DNA from: Paraspadella gotoi
Taxonomy: Eukaryota; Animalia; Chaetognatha
Length of the DNA: 64,000 nt
Reading direction: 5' to 3'
NCBI GenBank assembly: GCA_051294375.1
Contig: CM119263.1
Span: 23,397,622-23,461,621 of the forward strand
Shown: positions 52,284 to 64,000 of the stretch, piece by piece
Layout of the letters: the number at the start of each line of letters is the position of its first letter
Position numbering within the stretch: the first letter of the stretch is position 1
Position numbers and translations under genes: made by a program
The notes under the pieces: generated by a model
The model's database searches: none
The model's input: the letters and a program-made list of their open reading frames with translations, nothing else
Told to the model about the DNA's origin: nothing

Positions 52284-54482
52284 GAGAATAACAAACACCT
52301 CAAATTTGTCGTCGAAATTCGACAATTGATTTTCGGCGTTAAAGATGTGAGAGATAGAGCGAAGGAAGTAACTTTATAAGAGGGATGAAGGATGTGACTA
52401 AACCAAAAAGGCCTGACCAGGATGTAACGTGTGAAACGGAGAGACGCGTCAATGGAGCTTGAAGACCGAATGAAGGCAGTTCCACGAATTGGTCTCGAAT
52501 CCGCGACGCCTATCCTAATTTTTTTCATCTTTTTTTTTGGCGGACAGAAGGAAAATCTAATCGAGAATATCACTTGTCCGAATAATTCGTGATTAAGAAA
52601 AACCAAATGTGAAATTAGCGAAGCGTGAAAATTCACAAACGAAGCGAAAATTCGCCGAAATCGATATCAATCTTCGGGAATGAATGAGAAAATTTTTTCG
52701 CGAATAAAAATCAAAGGAGCGGAATCTTTTTTCTCTTTAAAACGAAAAGAGGAAAAAAAAAAAGAAAAGGAAAAAAAAATCCGGATGAAAACAAATTCTT
52801 TTTTTTTTTCGGATCTAATTACTGTTGGGCGCAGCTGTTGAGAAGACCAAAGGGTTCAATCACCAACTCACCAAGTGTAAACGTAATTGTATCAATTATC
52901 TTTCCAAATGGCCATTTTTTAAAACTTTCTTACGATAGTCAAAAGTTGTACGATAGAAATAACAAAATCTAAAAGAGTTTAAAGGTATTTTTTTTCGTTA
53001 CACTGTGGATACAACAAACGCAATACAATTATTAAGCTTATCCCCTTGATCACTTTCGGGGGGAAAAAAAACTTGAACTTGTCTATCGCCAATCCATAGT
53101 CATCCAGTGTCACGAGTGGAGGTGATCATAGGGATGACAACGACGATGACGGAATCGTATCCGGCGGCGGCGGCTTCTTCGGCGGCGTCGGCCGCGTCGG
53201 CGGCGACTGATGCCCGGGAACCATTTCGATTGTGAATGACCCACTTCCCATTCCTCCCCCGCGGAATATCAATCGGCTGCGGTCGAGAGGCCCCATTCTT
53301 CCACGTCCTCGTCGCGTCCTCCTCCTTTTCTTTTCCATCAATTCCCTTCGCCGTCGATAGAAGAAACCACGACTCATTTCAACACTCTCCTTCGCTCTTC
53401 ATCGCTCTCCTTCGCTCTCCTTCGNNNNNNNNNNNNNNNNNNNNNNNNNNNNNNNNNNNNNNNNNNNNNNNNNNNNNNNNNNNNNNNNNNNNNNNNNNNN
53501 NNNNNNNNNNNNNNNNNNNNNNNNNNNNNNNNNNNNNNNNNNNNNNNNNNNNNNNNNNNNNNNNNNNNNNNNNNNNNNNNNNNNNNNNNNNNNNNNNNNN
53601 NNNNNNNNNNNNNNNNNNNNNNNNNNNNNNNNNNNNNNNNNNNNNNNNNNNNNNNNNNNNNNNNNCAAATATTGTTAGCAGACTTTCAAATTATTACCTA
53701 TTATACCCGTTTGTAATTAATAACGATAATTTTCAATTCATATCACCCACTTACCACGCTTCCCTCGCTCTACAACCACACACTTTTCAACGATTAAGAA
53801 TCACCACCTACCGTCCCCCGTCTCTATCTTTTTTCTCCCCTCTCCCCCTTTTCCTCCCCTCAAAAAAATGAGGACCATTATCGCTCCTTCCCGTTTAATG
53901 CACAATGGCTACTTTGACTTTTATTCCGCAGAAATCGTTACTTCCGTCGTTACCTGTNNNNNNNNNNNNNNNNNNNNNNNNNNNNNNNNNNNNNNNNNNN
54001 NNNNNNNNNNNNNNNNNNNNNNNNNNNNNNNNNNNNNNNNNNNNNNNNNNNNNNNNNNNNNNNNNNNNNNNNNNNNNNNNNNNNNNNNNNNNNNNNNNNN
54101 NNNNNNNNNNNNNNNNNNNNNNNNNNNNNNNNNNNNNNNNNNNNNNNNNNNNNNNNNNNNNNNNNNNNNNNNNCTTTTATTTGCACACTCCGACGAGTTT
54201 CCTCCCTAATTATCAGCGTCCAATCAATTCCTTTTTTTTATCCCTTCAGTTTTCTCATCTCCTCCTCCTCTCCTCGCTTCCTCTTCCCAATCCTCTCCTC
54301 CCTTTTTTCCCCTAATCATCATTCCTCCCTCTCTCCTTCTTTCTTCTCTCTCTCCTCCTCTTCCTCCCCTCTACTCGCCGTCCTCAAAGTCGCGGTGTAA
54401 TGATCTCATGTATTATCATTAACGACTTGTTGTATGCAGATATCGTTGGGAGCCAACGGGGAGTCCTGCCACCGAGACCGGC

Positions 54483-54574
<92 letters not shown>

Positions 54575-57500
54575 CTCACCTCTACTCACCTCGACAGTTA
54601 ATAGGCACTGGGCGAATTCATAAAGGGAAAAAATAAAATATGATCCGTGATGGGAAAACCGTTTTTTTTTCTCGGACGCTTTAGACACGCTGCGAATCGT
54701 AGGGTAAGACCGGCCAGAAGAATTAATTCATGTACAAAACGTTTAATAGTAATGATTTACATTTTAAAAGGTTTTTTTTTGTAATACAACAATAATGCTG
54801 ACGATTGATGTNNNNNNNNNNNNNNNNNNNNNNNNNNNNNNNNNNNNNNNNNNNNNNNNNNNNNNNNNNNNNNNNNNNNNNNNNNNNNNNNNNNNNNNNN
54901 NNNNNNNNNNNNNNNNNNNNNNNNNNNNNNNNNNNNNNNNNNNNNNNNNNNNNNNNNNNNNNNNNNNNNNNNNNNNNNNNNNNNNNNNNNNNNNNNNNNN
55001 NNNNNNNNNNNNNNNNNNNNNNNNNNNNNNNNNNNNNNNNNNNNNNNNNNNNNNNNNNNNNNNNNNNNNNNNNNNNNNNNNNNNNNNNNNNNNNNNNNNN
55101 NNNNNNNNNNNNNCCATTGATGTAATCAAAACAAAAGACGCTGATAGAAACCAGGATTGATGCGTCATTGGAAACGTTACGCGGTTCATGGAACCAAAAA
55201 AAAAAAGGACGCAATAGATCATCACGTGATATCGCGAAGCCGACTAAAAATAACTAACCGTAAACCACGGCGCCGAAGGAATCAAAACCGTCGCCGCCAC
55301 GACGCCGATGGAACCGCCAGGCGCTACATTTTTTTACGGCCTCGCCTTTTTTTTTAATCCATTTTTTTTTCTTTTTCTCTTTTTAAGCATAAAACTCGGT
55401 TATCGCCGATTGAGGAAAATAAAAGCATAACTGGCCGACGCTGGAGTGAGATGTAAATCACGGCGTCGCTCGTTGTAGCGCGAACGATTGTGACGATTAT
55501 TGCTACGATTAAATCACGGTTTACTGTCGTTACAGTCGTTTTCAGTCATTACAATCTTCCGTTTTTTCAGAGTCGTTTATTGTGGCGACTCTCGTTTACG
55601 TGATTAACTTAAAATAACGGAACTTTGAGATGAAGGGATGAATTAAGAAAGGTTGGGATAGCCTCTCTGTGAGTTACTATCGGACATTGGACATTGGACA
55701 TTGGACACCCTGTCACCCATTTTAATCAATCCACGTAAATCTCCTTAATCGATCTCTCATATTCATGGATCCCTTGATTCTTTATCGCCCACGATAATTG
55801 CCCTCACCGTGAAACATGGCAGTTCCAACGCGCATGCGCCTTCACCCGTGAATCTCCTGAATCACAGAGCGTCACCCATACTAAACTTTCTTAATCTCAC
55901 GGACGTCTTTCTCTCCCGCGCTGACTCGCTNNNNNNNNNNNNNNNNNNNNNNNNNNNNNNNNNNNNNNNNNNNNNNNNNNNNNNNNNNNNNNNNNNNNNN
56001 NNNNNNNNNNNNNNNNNNNNNNNNNNNNNNNNNNNNNNNNNNNNNNNNNNNNNNNNNNNNNNNNNNNNNNNNNNNNNNNNNNNNNNNNNNNNNNNNNNNN
56101 NNNNNNNNNNNNNNNNNNNNNNNNNNNNNNNNNNNNNNNNNNNNNNNNNNNNNNNNNNNNNNNNNNNNNNNNNNNNNNNNNNNNNNNNNNNNNNNCCGCC
56201 GCTAATTACTTTACACGAGTTGTCGATAACGTCGTCGTCGTCGTCGTCGTGCCTCGTTCGTCGTCTTCTTCGTCATCATCATTATAATTTCTTCCACACA
56301 ACTTTTTTTTCTCTCTTTTCTCAAACCGAGTCTTAACCATATTTCAAAGTATGGAAATGAGTTTGAGAATTGATCGACTTCGTCTCGGGCGGCCACTCCT
56401 CTTCGAGAGCGTCCGCGCCCACCTTCCTCCATCGCCCATCGCCCCATAGCGACTACACCCCCTTCCACCCCTCCACCCCCCCTTTAACGAGAGGGGTGTG
56501 CCCCCGAGTGGCCCATCCACGTCGCGACAAGATGTTCTCCTTCGTCGATATAACGTCGTCATCTTATTTTTTTTTCGGGTTTTGGTGAATCGAATTAGCG
56601 ATTCGCTTTTCACCTGAGAGGTTATATTGGTTTTTTATGAAGTATTTATCTTTTTTTGTATAAAAGAAGCAAGAAGAGGATTAAAAAAAAATACAGGGTG
56701 GATATATAGTGAGTTTACATTCTAATAAAGGCGTTTTAAATTTTTTTTAAACAGTTTAATTTCAGAAACGATATTAAAGACAATGAGAAAATTATACAAA
56801 ATAGTTTCTGATCGAAATCAAGCGAAGATCGAAAGCGTCATTCAATCTCAAATCTAAAATTCCAACGATCGACAATTAAACCCTAAAAAGAGTTCGATTA
56901 TCGTCGTGANNNNNNNNNNNNNNNNNNNNNNNNNNNNNNNNNNNNNNNNNNNNNNNNNNNNNNNNNNNNNNNNNNNNNNNNNNNNNNNNNNNNNNNNNNN
57001 NNNNNNNNNNNNNNNNNNNNNNNNNNNNNNNNNNNNNNNNNNNNNNNNNNNNNNNNNNNNNNNNNNNNNNNNNNNNNNNNNNNNNNNNNNNNNNNNNNNN
57101 NNNNNNNNNNNNNNNNNNNNNNNNNNNNNNNNNNNNNNNNNNNNNNNNNNNNNNNNNNNNNNNNNNNNNNNNNNNNNNNNNNNNNNNNNNNNNNNNNNNN
57201 NNNNNNNNNNNNNNNNNNNNNNNNNNNNNNNNNNNNNNNNNNNNNNNNNNNNNNNNNNNNNNNNNNNNNNNNNNNNNNNGAGAAGCTCGATCTGGAAAAA
57301 GCGATTCCAGACCGGATGCGTCATTCGCGTCTGTCGAGGCTTTTGACGTCGAATCTGTCACGGCGTCGAATCGCCATGTGACGCCGTCGATCCATCCACG
57401 CCGCGGCGCTGTCGAAAGTCGCAGCCGCCAAGATTCCGGCGCCGTCCGATAAAATAGAAACAAATGATTTTTTTCGGCGGGNNNNNNNNNNNNNNNNNNN

Positions 57501-58888
57501 NNNNNNNNNNNNNNNNNNNNNNNNNNNNNNNNNNNNNNNNNNNNNNNNNNNNNNNNNNNNNNNNNNNNNNNNNNNNNNNNNNNNNNNNNNNNNNNNNNNN
57601 NNNNNNNNNNNNNNNNNNNNNNNNNNNNNNNNNNNNNNNNNNNNNNNNNNNNNNNNNNNNNNNNNNNNNNNNNNNNNNNNNNNNNNNNNNNNNNNNNNNN
57701 NNNNNNNNNNNNNNNNNNNNNNNNNNNNNNNNNNNNNNNNNNNNNNNNNNNNNNNNNNNNNNNNNNNNNNNNNNNNNNNNNNNNNNNNNNNNNNNNNNNN
57801 NNNNNNNNNNNNNNNNNNNNNNNNNNNNNNNNNNNNNNNNNNNNNNNNNNNNNNNNNNNNNNNNNNNNNNNNNNNNNNNNNNNNNNNNNNNNNNNNNNNN
57901 NNNNNNGCGGAGACGACGACAGCCGCGGTGGAGCAGGCAGCGACGATCATTAATGAATCACGGCCTTAAAATTCTGAAATATTCTCAATAATNNNNNNNN
58001 NNNNNNNNNNNNNNNNNNNNNNNNNNNNNNNNNNNNNNNNNNNNNNNNNNNNNNNNNNNNNNNNNNNNNNNNNNNNNNNNNNNNNNNNNNNNNNNNNNNN
58101 NNNNNNNNNNNNNNNNNNNNNNNNNNNNNNNNNNNNNNNNNNNNNNNNNNNNNNNNNNNNNNNNNNNNNNNNNNNNNNNNNNNNNNNNNNNNNNNNNNNN
58201 NNNNNNNNNNNNNNNNNNNNNNNNNNNNNNNNNNNNNNNNNNNNNNNNNNNNNNNNNNNNNNNNNNNNNNNNNNNNNNNNNNNNNNNNNNNNNNNNNNNN
58301 NNNNNNNNNNNNNNNNNNNNNNNNNNNNNNNNNNNNNNNNNNNNNNNNNNNAAAAAAAATAGCATCGAAGTTTGAAAGTGAAAAAAAAATATAGGAGAAA
58401 GAAATACAGGGTGAACGAAAGAGAGAGAAAAAAAAAGAGAAAATGCGGAAAGTGACAAAACCAATTTGTATGCGGGATTTGCGCGAAGGTCCTCGACCCA
58501 CCCACTCTCGATCTCTAACTCACTTTACCCACCAAAACCCTGCCCACCATCTGGTAACCCTCCACCCACTTCTTCACATCCACCCTCCTCCTCCACCGCG
58601 CGAGAGGCAAGAGGGAGAAATCGATTTTTATCTGATTCTGACGAAAAAAAAAAAGAGAGAGAGAAAGAAAAAAAAAAACCGATCGAACGTCGAAGGATTT
58701 CTGAGAAAAGAGGGTTGCACCCTTAAGCAAAGGTGGGGGGGCTGGTGGATTGGGGAGGAAAGAGAGCGATTGGAAGAAATGAAGGTGGAATTAAGCGAGA
58801 GTGGATGGAGTCTAGGTGGTTGTCGAGATGGAGGTGAGTTTGAGGAGCTCGTCCGAGGTTGGAAGAGTAACTTCTGGTCAAAGAGTAG

Positions 58889-59092
58889 AATTGTAAAGGG
58901 TAGAGAGTTGGATCAAAGTAGAGTTAGGTCGGTTCTTGCAAGTTTAGATCCGTTAGGATGGAATCCAAATTGTAAAGGGTAAAGGTAAAGGTAAAGGTAA
59001 AGGTAAAGGTAAAGGTAAAGGTAAAGGTAAAGGTAAAGGGTAGAGTTAGGTCGGTTCTTGAGAGTTTAGATCCGTTAGGATGGAATCCAAAT
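58889..59092. repeat. 53-bp direct repeats (58918-58970, 59040-59092) flanking (GTAAAG)10 at 58979-59038
   Basis: The two copies differ at 2 positions; the hexamer array is perfect. Confidence 0.9.
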
Positions 59093-59410
59093 CGCGCATG
59101 GTGGACAGTTGAGTTACTTGATAGAACGTGGCAGAGCAATATGAAGAGTAGAGTAGAGTGAAGCCAATGGTGGTGGGCAAACGGAAGAACGAACCCTGAA
59201 AGGTTGGAACTGGAATCGGAGCTCCTTCGTCTCAGGCAGATGGGGAGGAGCGAGGGGTCAAGGTGGGCTGCCGGTTGACCTCGATGGATGGAAAGGAGGA
59301 AAAGGAATCGGATCAAATTCGCACGCGTTGATATCCGCGCGAGACGCAGACCCTCCGCCCTTTAGTCCGCCTACAACTCACTCATTCCAATCCCGACCTT
59401 ATTCCCACAG

Positions 59411-59962
59411 CACCTCAGCTCTGACCCCTACACGCCTCGAGACGATCGTCGTCCGCACGTGACGACGGGGGTGCGCCTCGCCCCCAGAAGGCGCTTTTAA
59501 CGATCAACAAAGACTCCGGCGGACATCGACCGACGACAAACGACGAATCGTCCTCGTGCGAAACCGTTTCGGCGATGCCTCCTCTCCGTCGACGCACACA
59601 GACTTCGAAGCCGGCGCTCGCAGATCGCCGTGCACAGACGAGCTCGATTGGTCGGAGAGACGCCGATGACCTTTTGGCGTCCCCCGCGACGAGAACCGGC
59701 GCCCTTGGTCGACGAACCATCGCCCTCGTCGCCGTCGTCGTCGCCCACGTCTTCGTCTACGCCGCAGACGCCGATCAGAAGCGGTACCCCGCTGCAGGAG
59801 GACCGCGCCGCAGCGGGAAAAGTCGGTCATCGGCCGATGAGATCTTAAGTTCATCATCAAGCCCGGACAGAGCCGCGTCGGGTGGAGCTGTCGGACCAGC
59901 GCTCCTCGGACATGGCCGTCGGCATATATCTGTGCACGGTGATTAAGGGGGAAAGCGGAAAG
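59411..59962 (+). CDS. C2H2 zinc-finger gene exon: Ser/Pro-rich region (EPSPSSPSSSPTSSSTPQTP) to the start of finger 1 (..DMAVGIYLCTVIKGESGK); apparent indels
   Basis: GC-rich block, acceptor attcccacag (59410), donor AG|GTAAGG (59963). The 5' boundary and start codon are uncertain. Confidence 0.6.
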
Positions 59963-60063
59963 GTAAGGTTTTTTAACCGATTATACCTTAATAATTTAAA
60001 TTGACTAATTTTTTGGCGAAAAATTTGATATAAATCCTTTGCTTTTCGGTTGTTTGGGACGAT

Positions 60064-60244
60064 TAGAGACAGTTTTGAGTTTATGTTTGACATCGATTTT
60101 ATTTAATTCAAAAAACAGACAATGTTTTCGGCTCATGTTCAAGCTTCATACAGCATTGCTTGATGAAGGCTTGAAATGAAGCCGAAACATTCGTTTTTTG
60201 ACTTAAATAAAATCTTGTCGAAAACTAACTCCAAACTGTCTCTA
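60064..60244. mobile_element. ~180-bp imperfect fold-back made of two inverted hammerhead-like/pLTR-like units, in an intron
   Basis: TAGAGACAGTTTTGAGTT... pairs with ...AACTCCAAACTGTCTCTA, centre about 60156. The right arm has cTTGATGA-A-GGCTT..AAGCC-GAAAC and AATAAA; the left arm read on the minus strand has GAAAAC-ATT-GTC. Confidence 0.65.
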
Positions 60245-60433
60245 GCGAAAAATTAAAACCATTTAGAAATTTTTTTTTAAACATTTGCAACAATCGTAAA
60301 TAGCAAAGTAGAAAATTTAACATTTGAACGGTGAGAATACAAAAGTTCAAAACATTCCAAATCAGCCCTGGAGAGGAGATTTTCTGCAATAATATGACAC
60401 TTAAATTCTCATAGATTCATTTCCTCAAAACAG

Positions 60434-60631
60434 TCTGCGGTCACGCGGGCGCAGAGCTCTGCGAATACGCAAACACACCTGGTTGGGAAGCGACACGAAA
60501 TCGTGCTCGATCGTTCAACCCGCTGCTCATTCAGTGCAGAACAGTGTCCCTACAAGACTTACCTCACTGGAACAATGAAGCTGCGCACATTCGAGGCGTT
60601 TAACACGAGAACGGGAAAGTCGCCTGTCCCG
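60434..60631 (+). CDS. C2H2 zinc-finger gene exon (CGH..QSSANTQTHLVGKxH; C..CPYKTYLTGTMKLHIRGV; start of next finger ..ACP)
   Basis: Acceptor aaaacag (60433), donor G|GTAAGA (60632). Finger halves lie in neighbouring frames. Confidence 0.75.
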
Positions 60632-60772
60632 GTAAGACATCAAAAGATTATTGTTTATTCTGAGAATGTTCCATATTGGTTTCAAATGATCAATAGTCGA
60701 TTGGGATGTTGGATTTAAGTTAACTGGACGATGCTCTTTGTGACCAAATTCACTACCTCCGTCCCCCTGTAG

Positions 60773-61161
60773 TCTGCAACAAACTGTTCGCCAAACCCCA
60801 CCTTCCTGAGATGCTCCACATTGCCGGAGTACATCACCCGAAAGTTCCCCGCGTCTCCCGTCAAGGCTTCCGCCTATCCTCTTTCCACTCCCCTCCTCCT
60901 ACTCCCACGCTAGATCCCCTTCGCCCCTCTTGCAAGCCCGGTCGCCCGCGAGCGGAACCTCCGCTAATCAAGCAAACGCCGTCAGCTCGACGTCATTCCC
61001 GGATTCCATCCGGCAGCCGCCGGCCGTCACCCTGCGTTTTCGGCCGTCGTCAGGCGGCGAGGCCGCAGCCGTCGCTGCTGCCAAACAGCCGCCGATAACG
61101 TGCCGCCGCCGAGCAGAGCTTCCAAATGGCGAAGAGTGCGGGATGAAGGTTTCGCGCTCAG
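60773..61161 (+). CDS. C2H2 zinc-finger gene exon (CP|VCNKLFAKPTFLRxHIAGVH; Pro/Ala-rich linker; TCR..ELPNGEECGMKFRAQ)
   Basis: Acceptor ccccctgtag (60772), donor CAG|GTGAGG (61162). A canonical C-x2-C-x3-F-x5-L-x2-H-x4-H finger is completed across the phase-1 intron. Confidence 0.8.
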
Positions 61162-61445
61162 GTGAGGATAGGTTTTTATTTCAGCCATTTGCATTTTGAG
61201 ATAGTTAATGAAACTGTCCCAATGATTTATCGACAAAAATAAATAAAAAAAGATAATTTTATGAGAAGAAATGACAAAATAAAAGTCGTAAACTGGATTT
61301 TTTCATCGTGCTTCCTCGCAGAATATTGCGGATTTATGTATTATAAATTATAAACGAACGTGCAAGAATGCGAATAGTAAATATAGATTTGATAAGTGCC
61401 AAGCTAAAGTAAATTGTTTTCCTTACCTTCCACTTTACACTACAG

Positions 61446-61584
61446 GGCGACTTTATTCACCACATGCGTAAGACGCACCTCGGAGGAACCAAAGAGCCGT
61501 TTGCGGAGTCCCAATGTAAAGACTTCTTCTTGCCTTTTCCCTTCCCAACTCAAGCAGTCATTTAAGATCAAGCAACAATATGAG
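61446..61584 (+). CDS. C2H2 zinc-finger gene exon (GDFIHHMRKTHLGGTKEPF..QCK..FPSQLKQ..)
   Basis: Acceptor cactacag (61445), donor GAG|GTGAAG (61585). H-x4-H completes the finger begun in the previous exon, followed by a TGEKPF-like linker (TKEPF). Confidence 0.75.
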
Positions 61585-61850
61585 GTGAAGGGAAGCTCTG
61601 TTTGTTGTTGTTATCCCATTTATTATTGAAAACTACCTTGAGTTGACAATAGTCTTTTAATTTAGGAGTTTTTTTTTTAATGGAGATTTACGTAAATCGT
61701 CTTACCAACTATCATTTTTAAGTCATACGAACCTATTTTTGTTATATGTGATATAAGCCAGAAACTATATACTCCACTTCTCGGTATGATTCACTTCCAA
61801 ACTTCGCCTTACCTAATCACAACGCTCCACCCTCATAATTGTGAACACAG

Positions 61851-61900
61851 CATTCCGGAGAGCGCGACTCATGTGCTCACATTTTGCGGATGATGACTGA
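61851..61900 (+). CDS. Probable terminal exon of the zinc-finger gene (SIPESATHVLTF...stop)
   Basis: Acceptor gaacacag (61850), phase compatible with the previous exon. The exact stop depends on an indel in a T run. Confidence 0.4.
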
Positions 61901-62032
61901 CGTCGACGGCGAATCTCCACGCCACTCTGACTCTGTCACGCCCCGCCCACTTCCCTAGAGATTCCCAGCAAACGACCTCCTCTCAACCGGAAGCGTCGTC
62001 GATCGATTATTTGTTATTTTGACTTTCGACGT

Positions 62033-62063
<31 letters not shown>

Positions 62064-63350
62064 CCTTCGCTTGCGCGAATTCGATNNNNNNNNNNNNNNN
62101 NNNNNNNNNNTCCCCGTCTCTGCGTGCGTTCGGCGTTTGCGCGTGCGTGCGCGCAACGGGTCAATGACGCTGGCCCCCACGTGAAATTGGCGGGTGACGA
62201 TTCGAATGGAGGGTGAGGTAAGGAGAGAGGCGGCGGTAAGGGCGGCGCCGCAGATCGAAGGACTGACTCCAGAGACGAAGTAAAAAAAAAATTTTGACTT
62301 AACTTTTTCGATTCGATTTTCTTTCACTCGCTCTCACTACGTTGAATGAACTCGATTTACCAACTTCTGCTATGACAATTTTCTAATTATGATTATTGTA
62401 TCAGTAGGGCGATGATGCACGAACACGAGTGAGCTGATAAGTTCATAGTGCGTCTCTACTTCAGAATTGAGGATCGGGATCGAACTCTCACTTCNNNNNN
62501 NNNNNNNNNNNNNNNNNNNNNNNNNNNNNNNNNNNNNNNNNNNNNNNNNNNNNNNNNNNNNNNNNNNNNNNNNNNNNNNNNNNNNNNNNNNNNNNNNNNN
62601 NNNNNNNNNNNNNNNNNNNNNNNNNNNNNNNNNNNNNNNNNNNNNNNNNNNNNNNNNNNNNNNNNNNNNNNNNNNNNNNNNNNNNNNNNNNNNNNNNNNN
62701 NNNNNNNNNNNNNNNNNNNNNNNNNNNNNNNNNNNNNNNNNNNNNNNNNNNNNNNNNNNNNNNNNNNNNNNNNNNNNNNNNNNNNNNNNNNNNNNNNNNN
62801 NNNNNNNGTGAGAGAGGAAAAGGGAGGAAAAGGAGAATATAAACGAGATCGGTCCATTCAATGCGTTGCACCGCAGTCACTTTTTTAGCCCAGGTATTTA
62901 TATAATTTATGATACGCACTGCATCGGAATTACGTCTTTTATTTTTTAATGCAAGTGGGACAGAGCGACGGACAGATATAGGGACTGAGCGACCGACCGA
63001 CAGAAAGACAGACTGACCGAAAAGTGACTTATGGAGTTGCTCCTCGTGTACTCGCGGCGTAACTAAAAATAGTAAAAATGTTTATCCAAGAGTATATAGA
63101 GGGAGAAAAGTGTATAGAGAAGGGAAGGGAAAAGCTGAAAGGAGATGAAATTGAGGTAGGGAATAGAGAAAGTATTAGCGAGGCTTTGGCTGGAGGTTCT
63201 CAAAGGGGGGGCGTCACGGTTCGAGAAAGAACTGGAGATTTGCGAAATAAAACGACGCGACGAAGTTAATCGATTAAAAAAGGGGAAAAAAATTGTGACG
63301 TTCGATTTAAATTTGATTCGATTCGAGTTGATTGCTGGATCGGATTTTTT

Positions 63351-63378
63351 GAGCCGGAGTTCCCGGGTTCGATCCCGC
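63351..63378 (+). other. Isolated tRNA T-arm/B-box fragment (possible SINE relic)
   Basis: GAGCCGGAGTTCCCGGGTTCGATCCCG with no cloverleaf around it. Confidence 0.25.
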
Positions 63379-64000
63379 AGTAATGTGGCAAACAACGACA
63401 GGGTACTTTGGTAGAGAATATTCAGGAAAACCAAAAGAGGAGTCATGAGATGATTTTAACGAGTCTACCAGTTGACATGCTTTCATTCCTCTACTATCTC
63501 CACCGTCTCATTCGTCTCGCTCTCCCGACGCCCTTTTTTAAAAAAAGTAAAACCTGAGAGAATACGAAACGACGAAACTCATTTGGCTCATCAAATTTTT
63601 TTCGCAAAACACAAAACAAAATAAAAAAGAAACGAAAACGTCTCTCTACCTTTTTTTTTTCTAATAGATTCCAACGTCCCCCACTTTTCCCGTTAAAAAC
63701 TTCTGCTCTTACTCTTGTTTCGTCTTCATGATTTTGTTCTTCACCTTGTTATTTCACTTTGTTCACTTTTCCAACCTATTTCATAATCTCTTCCTCCTCC
63801 TCCTCCTCTTCCTCCTCCTCCTCCTCCCTTGAACTCTCCTCTCGGTCCATTTCTCTTCTTCCTCGTTTGAAAACCTTTCATGACGTCATCTCACGACGAC
63901 TCATCGCGTCGACGACTCCGCCATCGCGGGGCAGACACGCCCACCAACAAATCCGTAAACCTGGCACCATGGGGCCGATACGCCCACCTACAACTCCGTA

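Noticed and set aside
53126-57480. GC-rich patches at 53130-53330, 56380-56540 and 57280-57480 as upstream exons of the zinc-finger gene
   Set aside because: Frames and splice sites could not be fixed, and adjacent N gaps hide the boundaries.
58979-59038. (TAAAGG)n as interstitial telomere
   Set aside because: Not a canonical animal telomere motif (TTAGGG, TTAGG, TTAGGC), and explained by expansion of a local seed.
59575-60631. Signal peptide (TIALVAVVVAHVFVYAADA) with Ig-like GIYLC or TNFR-like Cys pattern
   Set aside because: The hydrophobic run is an off-frame reading of (GTC)n. The Cys/His spacing across exons resolves as C2H2 fingers.

Overview
Eukaryotic, most likely invertebrate-animal, draft-assembly DNA. 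It is mostly intronic or intergenic, AT-rich with CpG-rich patches, saturated with (GA)n, (TCG)n, (GAAA)n and (TTATG)n microsatellites, and broken by many N gaps. Five gaps are exactly 25 N and adjoin indel-rich sequence that looks like uncorrected long-read gap filling. Nearly all ORFs in the supplied track are artefacts. Reading splice sites by hand recovers two spliced genes whose frames are broken by apparent sequencing indels: (1) a minus-strand single-pass membrane protein (~4.9-8.0 kb) with an acidic Ser/Ala/Asp-rich N-terminal part and a tail ending -DADFFV; (2) a plus-strand C2H2 zinc-finger gene (~59.4-61.9 kb) with about five fingers. A ~4 kb locus is present three times (34.2-38.3 kb, 38.3-42.1 kb, and inverted at 42.4-48.8 kb), probably from assembly overfill. 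Comparing the copies shows a ~680 bp hAT-type MITE with an 8-bp target-site duplication in two copies and a classical Ac/Ds-type excision footprint in the third. Other features: Penelope-type minimal hammerhead-like motifs (one within a ~180 bp fold-back), a tRNA-Arg-derived SINE-like element, three minisatellites (31, ~56 and 33 bp units) and a cluster of GTCACGTG E-boxes. No CRISPR, rRNA or intact tRNA is seen. Gene reconstructions are manual and need read or RNA-seq confirmation.
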